Shown here: positions 1 through 13,023 of the stretch, piece after piece
Position numbering within the stretch: position 1 is the first letter of the stretch
Layout of the letters: each line of letters opens with the position of its first letter
Made by a program: the position numbers and the translations under genes
Notes under the pieces: model-generated
Seen by the model: only the letters and a program-made list of their open reading frames with translations
Database searches by the model: none
What the model was told of the DNA's origin: nothing
Assembly: GCA_951406725.2 (NCBI GenBank)
Contig: OX597828.1
Coordinates: 77,934,001-77,998,000, forward strand
DNA from: Octopus vulgaris
Taxonomy: Eukaryota
Direction: 5' to 3'
DNA length: 64,000 nucleotides

Positions 1-682
1 TGAATATATATAAGAACTTGTAACTTCTCTGTACTCGGCTGACTTTTGAAAAAGATCAATTATTGATAGATTCGGAAATGTAATCCTGCATTTTGCTGCT
101 ATTTTCAGCAAATCGACGACTTTGTGTAATGAATAAACTGACGCCTGGCAAGAGATGAAGGAAGCTGTTGAAAAGGTTGTTAGGATGGGAAAACCACAAA
201 GGTCTCAGCCGCAAGGAAACCTTTAGTTATAGGTTCTGGAAGTCATTGACAAAATGAAAAAGTTTAACGTAGAAAAAGTTTTCTTAACTTTTCTCTTGTG
301 ATGAATAATAATGTAGAAGCAATCCTGAAGTTGAACGTCGTGAAATAGCATAGGAACTGAATGGCTGTTGAAACGAAAGCTGTAGATCTTTTAGCTCGGG
401 GTACCAAGTTGTAAAGGATAACTGGTGCTAAGAGACACCCGAAGCAGCCACAATGAAAGAAGGACTCACAACAGGAACAGAGGAATCCTTTCTATAGACG
501 GCCAGTGAGGTAGTATCATCAATATACGAATAAGTTCAACACGTGGGATCTCGTAAATTGATCTTTTTGAACAGTTACCTTCATGTTTTTCAAAAGTAAG
601 CCTGCGAGTTTTCCATTTTGCTCCTTACTCACTTCACTCTCTCCCTCTCTGCTTGTCGAACAACTTAATCTTTTTGTTGTTG

Positions 683-716
<34 letters not shown>

Positions 717-1024
717 ACACACACTTCTGACAATTGGAATGGGTATTCTTGTAGGTTAATTCGGATCTTTTCGGTTTGAACGGCAGTTTTTAACATAATT
801 TCTAGGTAACTAAAAAGTTTTAAACTTCGTATACTGGTAGAATGTGTTTATAAAATATCTTTTTCTCTTGGCTTTATTGAGAAAATTCTATAGTTTGGAA
901 GATATTTGTTGTTTTTTTTCTTCAATTTCTGCAATTTTTCTGTATTTTTTTAAAACTCTGTATATGGTGTATATATTGCATTTTAAACTCTGCGTATGTG
1001 TGTATAAAATGTATATATTGTATT

Positions 1025-4000
1025 ATCACTGTCCCTTGTCTCCCCCGAGGCATTGTCTCCCAGAAGAAGCGGAGGAACCATTTGGTCAACAGCTCAAATG
1101 GAATTTCGTGATCATTGGGACCCCGGTTTGGTTAATGACCGAGCAGAGGCGTAAGAACCAGTCTCCTCCTCATCGTCTATCAATGGGTGCGACTCCCTGA
1201 TCTTGCTCTGCTGCCTTGTAGGTAGACTTTTTAGTCAAAGGCTCCAGGTGGGGTCTCCTAAGCTAACCCCCTACTCCGGCCTAGGCAACCGGGTAGTATA
1301 CACCTACTGAAAACCATGGATCCTTTTCTCTCTTTCACCATGGTTTGGATGGCACAGGCAGGAGGGGTTCGTCAGCCATGGTTGGCAACCCTCCTAGGAG
1401 AGAATAACTCCGACTTCAAACCTAGGGCCCGAGGTTTGTCACCATCCCAGCTTGCTAGGCCATGGCAGATGAACCTCATGCTTAAAGGGTGGGGCCAGTT
1501 TGCGCACACTGCACTTCACCTTAAAAAACTCCCTAGCGCAGGCCAAAGGACATGTCCACGTTCTGTGACCAGCCATCCTAAAAGCCCTGCAGCGATGGGA
1601 AAGGGGCGAAAGTGGAAGATGTCACTGAAAGCCGTAGTCTCAACCCTACATATAGGCGGCTCAGAACGTTGGTCGCCTGGTTGTCGATCTGGAGGTGACG
1701 ACACCACTTGGCAGCATCCTGAGCGACCAAGCAGCCCTATTTAGGGAGAGCACTGCCTGCTCCACATGGAGAGGGGCAGTAGAAAAGGTTCGCCTAAACA
1801 AAGCTCGTCTCCTCTATACCCAGTTGGCTAACCGCAGTCAACGGGCATCTTCAGAGCGGTCGAACAAACATGGAAACAAAACCGAAGAAAAGTAAAAAGG
1901 AGTTGAAAGTTGCCTGCTGGAATGTCAGGACCACGCTTGACAAGGCTGACAGCAGCCGCCCGGAACGTCATTCGGCTCTCATAGCCCATGAACTCTCCCG
2001 TCTCAACATTGACATAGCAGCTCTCAGCAAGGTCCACTTCGCTGACGAGGGCAGCCTCAAAGAACGCGGTGCTGGCTACACGCTCTTCTGATCCAGAAAA
2101 CCATCATCTGAAAAACGTGTGTCGGGTGTAGGACTCGTGGTGAGGAATTCCATCACCTCCAAACTGAAAACGTTACCCACAGGCCACTCAGACCGCATCA
2201 TATCCATGCGCCTACCACTGGAGAGCAAACAACATCTCACTCTCTTCAGTGTTTATGCTCCAACTCCACTGGCAGATCCCGTGGACAAAGACAGCTTCTA
2301 TTCTGATCTGCTCAGACTCTTGAACAACACCCCTGCAAACGACAAGGTCCTGATCTTTGGCGATTTCAACGCAAGAGTTGGGAAGGACTCTGAGGTTTGG
2401 AAAGGAGTCCTTGGAAGACACGGCATTGGTGGCTTTAATGACAACGGGCACCTCCTGCTTGAGTTCTGCACAGAGCACCAACTTGCTATTACCAACACAA
2501 TCTTCCAACAGAAAGACCGTCTGAAAACAACTTGGATGCATCCCCGGTCCAAGCATTGGCATCTACTTGACTATGTGCTTGTGCGACAGCGGGACCTGAA
2601 AGACGTTCTACACACAAGAGTGATGCCCAGTGCAGAGTGCCACACTGACCATCACCTTGTCCAAACCCAAGAAGAAAGGTAATCCCATAAGGAAACTCAA
2701 TGTCGACAGCTTGTGCCGGGAGGAAGTGAAAATCAAGTTCCAAACAAACCTGCAGCAAAGACTAGACAAATCCCCCTGCACTGATGGACACCACCCCAGA
2801 CACCTTGTGGGAGAACCTGAAATCAGCCATCCTTAAGACATCTATGGAAGTTCTCGGGCACACAAAGAAGAAAAACAAGGACTGGTTTGATGAAAATGAC
2901 AAGGAGATCCAGGAATTACTAGCAAGGAAGAGGGCAGCTCATCAGGCCCACCTCGCACAACCAGCCTGTCTTGTGAAGAAAACTACCTTTCGACGTGCAT
3001 GCAACACCCTGCAGCAAAAACTCAAACAAATGCAGAACGAGTGGTGGGACCACCTGGCATGGAGAACCCAGCTATGTGCTGACTTCAGAGACTATAGAGG
3101 CTTCTATGAGGCTCTGAAAGCAGTGTATGGCCCCACCCACCTGGTCCAGAGTCCCCTACACGGTACAGATAGACAGGACCTCCTCGCTCGCTGGTCCGAG
3201 CACTTCCAACCATCGCTGAAGAAAACCTCCCCAAGAGCCATTGTGGCTTCAGAGCCAACAGAGGCACAACAGATATGGTGTTCGTCCTCCGCCAACTCCA
3301 GGAGAAGTGCCGAGAACAAAACAGGGAACTCTATGCTACTTTTGTCAACCTTACAAAAGCATTTGACACAGTGAATAGGACAGGACTATGGCTCATCCTG
3401 GAACGACTTGGCTGTCCCACCAAGTTTCTACAGATGGTGATCCAGCTGCACGAGAATCAGTGTGGTCAGATCAGACTCAATGCTGACCTGTCGGAGCCCT
3501 TCCCCATTTCCAACGACGTGAAGCAGGGTTGCGTTCTGGCACCGACTCTCTTCAGCATCTTCTTCAGCATGATGATCAAGCATGCAACTGAAGATATGGA
3601 GGATGAGGATGGGGTGTATGTTAGGTATCATCTGGATGGCAGTCTCTTCAATCTACGGTGCCTCCAAGTCCACACCAAGACTCAGGAGAGGTTGATCCGA
3701 GACCTTCTCTTCACAGACGACACTGCCCTTGTCGCTCACACAGAGCGAGCTCTGCAGCGCATCATGTCCTGCTTTGCAGACGCCTCGCAGCTCTTTGGCC
3801 TGGAGGTCAGCCTCAAGAAGACGGAGGTACATCACCAACCTACACCCCAAGAGGAATACTGCCCACCCCCACACCACTATCTGCGGTACTGAACTGAAAT
3901 CAATACAGCAGTTTACATACCTGGGCTGCATCATCTCATCCGATGCAAGGATCAACAAGGAAATTGACAATAGATTTTCTAAGGCTCCTTTGGCAGATTG

Positions 4001-4666
4001 TACAAACGTGTTTGGCACAATGGTGGCCTGAAGAACAAAACAGATCAGTGTCTACAGGGCTGTGGTTCTCACCACTCTTCTCTACGGCTCAGAGACCTGG
4101 ATCACTTACTGCAATCACATCCGTCTCCTCGAGCGCTTCCACCATCGATGTCTCCGCACCATCCTCAACATTCACTGGAGTGACTTTGTCACAAACATTG
4201 AAGTCTTGGAGCAGGCCAAGATCCCCAGTATTAAAGCCACGCTACTGAAGTACCATCTCCGATGGGCAGGGCATGTCTCCAGAATGGAGAACCATCGCCT
4301 TCCAAAGATTGCTCTGTTTGGCGAACTCGCCACCGAGTGAGAGGAGCTCCAAGTAAGTGCTACAAAGACTGCCTCAAGAAGACTCTAACAGCATGTCAAA
4401 TTAATCATCAATGCTGGTCAGACCTGGCTGCGGACCATGATGTCTAGCGCCACACGATCTTCAACGCAGTCAGCAAGATTGAAGAACATAGAAGAGACGC
4501 AGGAGGAAGGCGCAAGCCGCCTCTGACACCACACCGGATGTTACCTTCGTCTGTGGACACTGCTCACGGACCTGTCTTTCCCATATTGGACTTGTCAGTC
4601 ATATGCATGCACAAGACGTGGACAGCCTTCTTGATCTTCGTTTGCGAAGCCGAGCCATGATGATGA
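1025..4666 (+). mobile_element. Near full-length, decayed RTE-clade (BovB/Expander-like) LINE
   Basis: APE motifs (VACWNVRT, GDFNARVG, HLLDYVL, TDH), RT motifs (FVNLTKAFD, KQGCVLAPTLF, LLFTDD, FTYLG) and C-terminal FVCGHCSRTCLSHIGLVSH at ~4546-4602. Ends in a short hairpin (CTTCGTTTGCGAAG) plus ATGATGATGA tail. 5' boundary approximate; no TSD found. Confidence 0.92.
1870..4634 (+). pseudogene. Disrupted endonuclease/reverse transcriptase ORF of the RTE element
   Basis: Split over ORFs 1870-2091, 2119-2682, 2784-3374, 3275-3892 and 4062-4340. In-frame TGA at 2089-2091, frameshifts, and an internal deletion near 3210 (RWSEHFQ joins directly to the RT-start region). Confidence 0.9.
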
Positions 4667-4752
4667 CTCGACTGGCGCTTCTCAAGTCTTAGACGTATAT
4701 TGAGTTCTAACACCCAACTTATTACTATCGCATTACTTGAGCAAAATAATTA

Positions 4753-5658
4753 TTTGTTTCAGTCATTTGACTGGCCATGCTGGAGCACCGTCTTTAGTTG
4801 AACTAGGTGACCCTTGGACTTATTCTTTGTAAGCCTAGTACATAGGAAAGACTTCTGCCCCCATTTTCTCACAAATTTGTTTATTTTTGTAATTTTTATT
4901 TTTTTGCCAAAAATCCCTGTTTTCGGATACGGAGGTTCCGGAAAATTGCAAAAAATCGGCATTGTGAAAATCTCCCCTAACTTCTTCAATTTTGACTTTT
5001 TTCCCCAACACTAACCCTAAAACCATAACCCTAACCCTAAAACAGTAACTGTAAGTACAGAAATGTTTTGAAATTTTTTCCGAATCATGATGTCCATATT
5101 TTTCCGCATATTTAGAAAAAAAATTCTTAAAAACAAAATTTACAAAGATTTTTGGAAATTTTTTTCAGAATCATAATCTTCATATTTTTCCACATATTTT
5201 GAAAAAAAAATTGTACAAAAAGTTAAAACTAAAAGAAATAGGGGTGGGGTTGAGGGTAATTTAGAAATGTCGAGTTTTGCCAATTTTTTTGCTGATTCAT
5301 ATTCCCCGTAGCCAAAAGGTGGGGGTGGGGTTGAAAAAAACAATTTTTTTTAAGGGTGGAAGGGTGGAAGTCTTGCCCTTATTGTATCAGTCTCTTTTGC
5401 CGAACCACTAAGTTACAGGGACCTAAACACACCAACATCAGTTGTCAAGCAATGCTGGGGGAGACAAACACACACACACACATATATATGTGTGTATATA
5501 TGACAGGCTTCTTTCAGTTTCCGTCTTCCAAATCCACTCACAAGGCTTTGGTCAGCCCAAGGCTATACTAGAAGACACTTGCCCAAGGGGCCACTCAGTG
5601 GGACTCAACCCGGAACCTTGTGGTTGGGAAGCAAGCTTCTTACTACACAACCACACCT
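4753..5658 (-). mobile_element. tRNA-derived SINE (type 1), split by a MITE
   Basis: Head GGTGTGGTTGTGTAGTAAGAAG...GGTTCCGGGTTGAGTCCC at 5658 (minus). The tail part 4753-4841 joins 5379 onward exactly as in the uninterrupted copy at 56775-57120. Confidence 0.8.
4845..5378. mobile_element. MITE, possibly PIF/Harbinger-like, with internal TAACCC-like repeats
   Basis: Imperfect TIRs GGAAAGACTTCTGCCC / GGGTGGAAGTCTTGCCC. Flanks ATA / TTA where the intact SINE has one TTA. Precisely interrupts a SINE. Confidence 0.6.
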
Positions 5659-6414
5659 TATGTAATTAAATTAATTAAATATATACATTTAATTCTGATG
5701 AAAAGTATTTATAGAAAATGTCGTTAAAGGATATTGATTTTTCTGAAAGTTATGAGGAAATAAATTTAGAGGGGTCACTTGTGTAGGTGTGTTAAAACAT
5801 ATATAAGACGTTTAACAAGAAATCTGTTCTCAACTAAGGTTCATATGACTCTTGGGGGCCCACATAACAATTTATGGGGTCCACAATAGTATTTCTGGAG
5901 TTAATGAAAAAATTTTGCCTTAAATGTATTTATTGCTAAAGACAGCTTAGATCTCTGTAAAGCTTTACACATATCAAGGACAACATTGTCTCATGCATCC
6001 TTTATTCAAAAAGTAAGCTGAGATGTGTGTGAGATTTAGCTGCTGTTTCTAGAAGATCAACAAATCATATAGAGGCTTCCCTCATTAACATAAAGATTAA
6101 AAGTGAAGGACCACTGGTATGTGAAGAAGTACCTTGTAATCCTGGAGTCCTTTGAAATTTGAATTTTCCATTATTTGCATCTAACAAATCTTCTTCATCC
6201 AGATCTGATTCCACTGCTGGGCATTCAAGAACCAAATGAAGGGCAGATTTTCAGTCCCAGGATCCTCCTGATTCCAAATCTGGATCAGTTTATGTGGAGC
6301 AAATGTAGACTGAGACGCAGGGATCCTGAACAGACAGACAGACAGAATTTCGCATTTATTGTGTTTGACAGACCTGTACTGACGACCTAGGGCTAAACAC
6401 CAACAACAACAGTG

Positions 6415-6660
6415 GAGGTGCAATGGCCCAGTGGTTAGGGCAGCAGAATTGCAGTCGTAAGAACACTGTTTCAATTCCCAGACTGGGCATTGTGAGTGTT
6501 TATTAAGCAAAAACACCTAAGCCACGAGGCTCCGGCGGGGGGAGGGTGGTCAACCCCACTGTACTCTTTCAATACCACAAGGCTCCGGCGGGGGGAGGGT
6601 GGTCAACCCCACTGTACTCTTTCACCACCACTTTCTCTCACTCTTTCTTCCTACTTCTAC
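6415..6660 (+). mobile_element. tRNA-derived SINE with an internal ~45 bp tandem duplication
   Basis: A box TGGCCCAGTGGTTAG, degenerate B box GTTTCAATTCC; GGCTCCGGCGGGG...ACTCTTTCA occurs twice (6528-6571, 6581-6624). Confidence 0.7.
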
Positions 6661-7047
6661 CACAAAGCAGAGGAACCATGGTGTAACCCACTATGGTGTG
6701 GTAAGCTTTCAGACCCTAGTCTAGATTGCGAATCCTCTATACCCCAGGATGGTTCCACCCGTTAAAAGCCACCATTTACGGAATGAGGATAACAACGTAG
6801 CTTTCACACCCTAACCACTGTGGTAGGTGGATCTTGAAGTTGCCACACACATTCTTAGTAGCTTAGAGTAGGCTCGAATTAGAGATTATTCTTTGTGGCT
6901 AATGGCGTGAGTCCTGATTGGAAGAAGGAGAACAACAACAACATTGAAATAGGTATCAATGTCATACAGTGCTATATTTAAGGAGATGAGGTTTTATTTA
7001 CATTATTTGCATTTGATGGCTATTTGTCCTCATCTTGTTTGTTGTTA

Positions 7048-7091
7048 GCAGAATGTTTCAGCTGATATACCCTCCAGCCTTCATCAGGTGT
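7048..7091 (-). ncRNA. Degenerate minimal type I hammerhead motif
   Basis: Minus strand: ACAC CTGATGA A GGCTG-loop-CAGCT GAAA CA TT CTGC. Core boxes intact; stems I and III mutated relative to the 46452 copy. Confidence 0.65.
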
Positions 7092-7159
7092 CTTGGGGAA
7101 ATTTCGAACCTGGGTTCTCATTCCTAACGTATTTTTCGATGTTATTATTATTATTATTA

Positions 7160-7462
7160 TTGGCACATGAAAAAGCATTCGAGCGAGGTTGTTGCCAGTG
7201 CCGCTGGACTGGCTCCTGTGCAGGTAGCACCTAAAAAACACCATTTGAGCATGGCCATTGCCAGTACTGCCTGAATGGCTCTCGTGCCGGTGGCACATAA
7301 AAGTACCCACTACACTCTCGGGGTGGTTGGTGTTAGGAAGGGCATCCAGCTGTAGAAACTCTGCCAGATCAAGATTGGAGCCTGGTGTAGCCATCTGGTT
7401 CGCCAGTCCTCAGTCAAATTGTCCGACCCATGCTAGCATGGAAAGCGGACATTAAACGATGA
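7160..7462 (+). mobile_element. 5'-truncated RTE 3'-UTR copy
   Basis: Matches the 3' UTR of the RTE at 18853-19240 (GGAAGGGCATCCAGCTGTAGAAAC...GCTAGCATGGAAAGCGGACATTAAACGATGAT). Other copies at ~20560-20826, 49790-50135, 51183-51480, 55480-55670, 60110-60428 and 63205-63440. Confidence 0.8.
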
Positions 7463-7467
7463 TTGTT

Positions 7468-7498
<31 letters not shown>

Positions 7499-8109
7499 TT
7501 GTTATTGTTCAGGTCACTGCTTAGAATCAAACTTGGAATCTTGGGGTTCGTAGCCTGCGCTCTTAACCACATCTCTGAGAGATGTAGAAAGAGATGATCA
7601 ACTTTGAAGAATGAGGAAGATGAATTGAACCAGACTAACTGGAAAGTCTGAAATGATGGGTGGAGACGTGGGATTCTGTCTGAGCCTACATCAACTTTCA
7701 GGATGATACTGGAATACAGAGTGCAAACTAAACAGACACAGAGAATAAGTTTTACACAATGACTTAAGAAAAGGGTAAAGATAGCACCTCAAGTCATACT
7801 GACTCATAAGGGCCAGTTTCCTGGTTTCCATTGTGTATGTATCACATTCCCCAGCAGTCCGTCTCAGGATGACTCATTTTAGCCAGCTGAGTGGAGTTGA
7901 GCAACGTGAAATGAAGTGTTTTGTTCAAGAGCACAATACGTTCACCAGTCCAGGAATTGAAACCACAACCTTATGACTGAGAGTCCAACTCTCAAACCAC
8001 TTAACCACATGCCTCCCACATTTAATGACTTGATGTAAGCAATACAAAAATGAATGTAAAAAAAAACATATCAGATATACATTATGGAGAATGAATAGTT
8101 AAATAATGG

Positions 8110-8308
8110 TTTCAAATATTTGCCACACGGAGGGGATAAAGTCAATTAGATCAACCCCAGTGCATAACTGGTACTTATTCAATCAATCCCAAAAGGATGA
8201 AAGACAAAGTCGACTTTGGCAGAATTTGAACCCAGAACATAGCAACAAACGAAACACCACTAAGCATTTCGCCCGGCGTGCTAACGACCCTGCCAGTTCA
8301 CTGCCTTT
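8110..8308 (-). mobile_element. tRNA-derived SINE (type 3)
   Basis: B box GGGTTCAAATTC followed by GTCGACTTTGTCTTTCATCCTTT. Related copies at ~36190-36550 (two), 52550-52960 (two) and 53585-53770. Confidence 0.7.
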
Positions 8309-8874
8309 GAATAGTTAAATAATAAATTATGCATGAGTTTTGGTAATCAATGTTAGGAACCTAAAATGTCTTATCATGAATCCTGGACATAGCTGAAATG
8401 AATCTCTCTTGCTAAGTGTGCCAGCAATGCAACCATGAAACCACAGAATTACAGCCAAATTTCACCCACTCAGGCCAACAGGGTCCACTCCAAGCCTACA
8501 TCATACATTTTCCCAACCCAACTCAACCAATCCATTGAAAAGTCCTTTCTTTAAAGGCAGTAACAGTCCCCATGGCAACAGCAAACACAGCATGGTTCTA
8601 CATCAGTCATTTGTAGACTAATCAGCATTTAACACCAGTTTATGTAACCAAACTACTTCTTTAGTCACTCAAGGTAGTAGGAGTAGTAGTAGTAGTGTCT
8701 ACATGGACGACAGACCAGTTATGAAGTTTTAATAACTAAAGTGATGGACAGTCTTTCACAAACAACCCAGATCAGATGTTGTACCAGCTTGTAGGACAGC
8801 AACTGACCTCAACAACTGTGTGGTGATAGAATTACAATAATCCAGTGTTTCATCAATTATGTGTGTGTGTGTAT

Positions 8875-8890
8875 GGATAGATAGATAGAC

Positions 8891-8921
<31 letters not shown>

Positions 8922-9005
8922 CAGATAGATAGATAGATAGATAGACAGATAGATAGATAGATAGAAAGATAAATAGATAGATAGCTTCATAGATTGATTG
9001 ATAGA
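8875..9005. repeat. (GATA)n/(GACA) microsatellite
   Basis: Directly visible. Confidence 0.95.
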
Positions 9006-9640
9006 TATACCCATACATATGAATAAAAAGAGAAGAAAGAATGGGAAAGAGAGTTGTATATCTGCTTCTCCATTGTTGTAATTTCAGTTTGCAGTATGTT
9101 TATGACATCCCATTCAACTAAGTCTATTCTGGCTACTGATTTTACACAATGTCAAATAAATTAATAAGGCTACAAATGGCTATAATATTAATTAGCTTTC
9201 AAATAGTGAATCCTGGCTCTCTGTCTGTCTATCTGCATGTATCTACAGTGCCTAATGGTTCCTTGTTTTTCATTTCATCTCCTTAGGGAAAACTAGACAT
9301 ATGTAAACTATCTCACTGTTTCTTTTTAATGTGCACACATGTGTCCACACACATGCACACACACACACACACACATACATACGCACACACATGCACATAT
9401 ATAAATCAAAGTATGCAATATTAGATCCATTTCAGCCAATCTTACCAATCAGTTTCACACTGGGTATTAGGTACTGGATATTAGATAACAGTGCTGTTAA
9501 GTAAAACCACACGCTCTTCAGAGATGATATAGAAAAGACACACACACACACACACATATGTAGGTATGTGTGTGTATATATGTATGTATGTATGTGTGTG
9601 TGTATGTATGCATGTATCTATCAATCTATCTATCTGTGTG

Positions 9641-9675
<35 letters not shown>

Positions 9676-9767
9676 GGAGAGTTTACGAAAAAAAAAGCAA
9701 AAGACGAAGACAGGTGGTGTAGAAAACAAACAGATGTATTAGTATAACGCTCAGGAATTGAAAAAGT

Positions 9768-9803
9768 CTTTTACATTTCGAGCCTATGCTCTTCCACAGA
9801 AAG
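9768..9803 (-). ncRNA. Hammerhead-like motif with CUGUNGA core
   Basis: CTTT CTGTGGA A GAGC-ATAG-GCTC GAAA TG TA AAAG. Stems I and II pair; sister copy at 62516-62551. Confidence 0.55.
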
Positions 9804-9864
9804 GGACACAGAAAAACAAGGAGAGAAAAAAATGTGTGTAGTGGCTAACAATCTATCATAGCGG

Positions 9865-9922
<58 letters not shown>

Positions 9923-10092
9923 GCACTGGTTTTATATTGCATATAGCTGCCTTCATTTCTCATTAGCATACCATTTTGCTAAATCAGCTATAAATACAAA
10001 TGGTAAATATATTTGTACATGTGTGTGTGTGTTTCTATGTGTATATGTATGTATTTATATATGTGTGTGTGTATATCCTTTTATGCTTTCAC

Positions 10093-10339
10093 TTATTTCA
10101 GTCATTTGACTGTGGCCATGCAGGAGCACTGCCTTTAGTCAAACAAATCAACTCCAGGACTTATTCTTTGTAAGTCTAGTACTTATTCTATTGGTCTCTT
10201 TTGTCAAACTGCTGAGTTATGGGGATGTAAGCACACCAACATCGGTTATCAAGCGATGCTGGGGGGACAAACACAGACACACAAACTTATACACACACAT
10301 ATATGTATGTATGTGTATATGTATATATATATATATATA
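10093..10339 (-). mobile_element. 3' half of a type 1 SINE (5' half at 14625-14823)
   Basis: Concatenating 10093-10339 and 14625-14823 reproduces the order seen in the intact copy at 56775-57120. Confidence 0.8.
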
Positions 10340-10734
10340 CTAGCAGTATCGCCCGGCATTGCTCGGGTTTGTAAGGGAAATAATTATATAAGCATTTTTA
10401 GAGATGTAAAGTATAATAGCCATCTCAATATGGCTAACCACAAAGGGGGAGGGGTGTTACTGTAGCTTTTTACGTTCTGAGATTTAATAATAAATTTTAG
10501 AGAGTTACTTCCCTTATATATGTCAAAAATGGATTAAAAATGGGAAAAATTGATGGTAAATTTTTTTTTAAATCGTAGACTCATCGTAGACGCGCGCTAA
10601 TACCCAGACGGTCTCGATATGAATCACGACTATAAGATACCCGGTTTTGGTTAAACTGCACCGCAAAATGTGGGAGTAGTTAGGAATCTAAATCGTAGGA
10701 GACAGACACACAACCTCACTTTTATATATAAAGA
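10340..10734 (-). mobile_element. Non-autonomous Helitron family A (~395 bp)
   Basis: Minus strand begins TCTTTATATATAAAAG and ends CCCGAGC-AAT-GCCGGG hairpin + CGATACTG + CTAG; flanked by A and T. Confidence 0.85.
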
Positions 10735-10894
10735 TTTCCTCTATTTACATAATATTGAGGTCTCTTTCTTTCTTTTGTTATCTTACTGTTTTTAACAATA
10801 TACATATATATATATATAAATATATATATAGTTACAGAGATGTACTTGCATAGCAAGTGACTTGATCTGAGATTGTGTGCTGGAACGAAAACAG

Positions 10895-11153
10895 TTGCAG
10901 CGTTGAAGGTGTTTATAAGCCATTTAAGAAACACACAAAAACCGTTAGATTCACTTCAACATTTAAATTTAATTTGTGAAAATATTTTCGTCGCTTTGAG
11001 ACCGCGACCTGTTAGCACGATATTTTTGTCAGTGAACAGGTCGCGGTCTGAAAGCGACGAAAATATTTTGGCAAATTAAATTTAAATGTTGAAGTGAATG
11101 TAACGGTTTTTGTGTGTTTCTTAAATGGCTTACAAACACCTTCCACGCTGCAA
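10895..11153. repeat. Fold-back palindrome (~119 bp arms), Penelope-like inverted repeat
   Basis: Arms 10895-11013 and 11035-11153. Copies at 12843-13101 and 18330-18604. Confidence 0.9.
11025..11075 (+). ncRNA. Hammerhead-fold motif with G3-C8 core
   Basis: TTTGTCA GTGAACA G GTCGC-loop-GCGAC GAAA ATAT TT TGGCAAA; stem I keeps pairing through one G-U. Confidence 0.65.
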
Positions 11154-11514
11154 TATATATATACACACATATATATATATGTATGTATGTATGTGTGTAT
11201 ATGTGTATGCATGTATGTGTGTGTGTGTGCGTGTCTGTGCTTGTGATTGTCCTGCACCACTGCTTGACAGCGAATGTTGGTTTGTTTACATCCCTGTCAC
11301 CTAGTGGTTTGACAAAGGAAACAGATAGAATAAGTACAATGCTTACAAAAATAAAACTGGAGTTGATTCATTAAACTACAATTCTTCAAGGCATTGCCCC
11401 AGCATGGCCACAGACCAATGGCTGGAAAAAGCTGAAGAATAAAAGAATACATTCTCTGCTTTGGTCTTATGTTCAAGGCATGAGAAAGCTTGAGTTTACA
11501 TGAGAAGGCCTAAC

Positions 11515-11780
11515 AGACCTGGTAGAAACAGCAGCCAAATCTCCCTCAAATCACACCTTACTGTCTTATGTATGTATATATATATGAGCCAATGAGGGGG
11601 ACCTCTACATGGTAGCTAGACCTGGTAGAAATAGCAGCCAAATTTCCCCCAAATCACACCTTACTGTCTTATCTATGTATATATGTATGAGCCTATGAGG
11701 GAGACCCCTACATGGCAGCTAGACATGGTAGAAATAGCAGCCAAATCTCCCTCAAATCACACCTTACTGTCTTATCTTTC
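11515..11780. repeat. ~103 bp minisatellite, 3 units
   Basis: Unit AGACCTGGTAGAAATAGCAGCCAAAT...CTACATGGCAGCT. Confidence 0.9.
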
Positions 11781-12278
11781 TGCTACTTGGATATAGGTGT
11801 TATATTCGTCGTAAAAAACTTTCCTGTCACACACTCACGCACACACACACACACACGCACCCTCACACATACACACACGCGCACACCCACACACACCCAC
11901 TCACACACACGCACGTTAGCTTACAATTTTATTTATATATTTGCGTGTCTATGTGTGGAAAGAGGAAGTGGGAGGCAGAGTGAAAGAATCACTCACTACA
12001 GTAAGTCAATTACTTTCATTTTATTCGTTGCCCACTGTGTGTGTGCGTTTGCGTGTGGTGTAAACCAGACTAAGAAAAGCATTTGACACACACACCAGAA
12101 TGTGAGTTTTCTGTAAATTTTGCTTAATTGGAGTTTAAATTTTAAAAACTGGACCTGGCATGACGCGATGCATTGTACTCTTAAAAATGGTAGGTAAATT
12201 GTAATTGAAGAAATCCTATATTGTAGATTTGTATAACTCCCAAAGGGAGGCAGATAAAATCTGCCTTTTATAATAAGA

Positions 12279-12672
12279 CTAGCAGTATCGCCCGGCGTTG
12301 CTCGGGTTTGTAAGGGAAATAATTATATAAGCATTTTTAGAGATGTAAAGTATAATAGCCATCTCAATATGGCTAACCACAAAGGGGGAGGGGTGTTACT
12401 GTAGCTTTTTACGTTCTGAGATTTAATAATAAATTTTAGAGAGTTACTTCCCTTATATATGTCAAAAATGGATTAAAAATGGGAAAAATTGATGGTAATT
12501 TTTTTTTAAATCGTAGACTCATCGTAGACGCGCGCTAATACCCAGACGGTCTCGATATGAATCACGACTATAAGATACCCGCTTTTGGTTAAACTGCACC
12601 GCAAAATGTGGGAGTAGTTAGGAATCTAAATCGTAGGAGACAGACACACAACCTCACTTTTATATATAAAGA
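12279..12672 (-). mobile_element. Helitron family A, second copy
   Basis: Near-identical to 10340-10734 with the same termini. Confidence 0.85.
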
Positions 12673-12735
12673 TTTCCTCTATTTACATAATATTGAGGTC
12701 TCTTTCTTTCTTTTGTTATCTTACTGTTTTTAACA

Positions 12736-12766
<31 letters not shown>

Positions 12767-12972
12767 AATGTATAAATAGTTACAGAGATGTACTTGCATA
12801 GCAAGTGACTTGATCTGAGATCGTGTGCTGGAACGAAAACAGTTGCAGCGTTGAAGGTGTTTATAAGCCATTTAAGAAACACACAAAAACCGTTAGATTC
12901 ACTTCAACATTTAAATTTAATTTGTCAAAATATTTTCGTCGCTTTGAGACCGCGACCTGTTAGCACGATATT

Positions 12973-13023
12973 TTTGTCAGTGAACAGGTCGCGGTCTGAA
13001 AGCGACGAAAATATTTTGGCAAA
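12973..13023 (+). ncRNA. Hammerhead-fold motif with G3-C8 core (duplicate)
   Basis: Same motif as 11025-11075. Confidence 0.65.

Larger units (their letters stand above)
6965..7570 (-). mobile_element. tRNA-headed, hammerhead-bearing SINE-like element interrupted by an RTE 3'-UTR insertion
   Basis: Colinear with 46310-46545. Head GTGGTTAAGAGCGC...AGTTTGATTC, (AAC/AAT)n linker, HHR motif at 7048-7091. RTE tail inserted at ~7160-7462. Confidence 0.75.

Noticed and set aside
1-660. Coding-looking unique sequence
   Set aside because: Stops in the frames I translated and no recognisable motif.
2212-4018. Antisense ORFs over the RTE element
   Set aside because: Shadow frames of the retrotransposon ORF.
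5010-5041. Telomere-like TAACCC repeats (also ~28778-28805)
   Set aside because: Only a few imperfect units, internal to a MITE or dispersed repeat.
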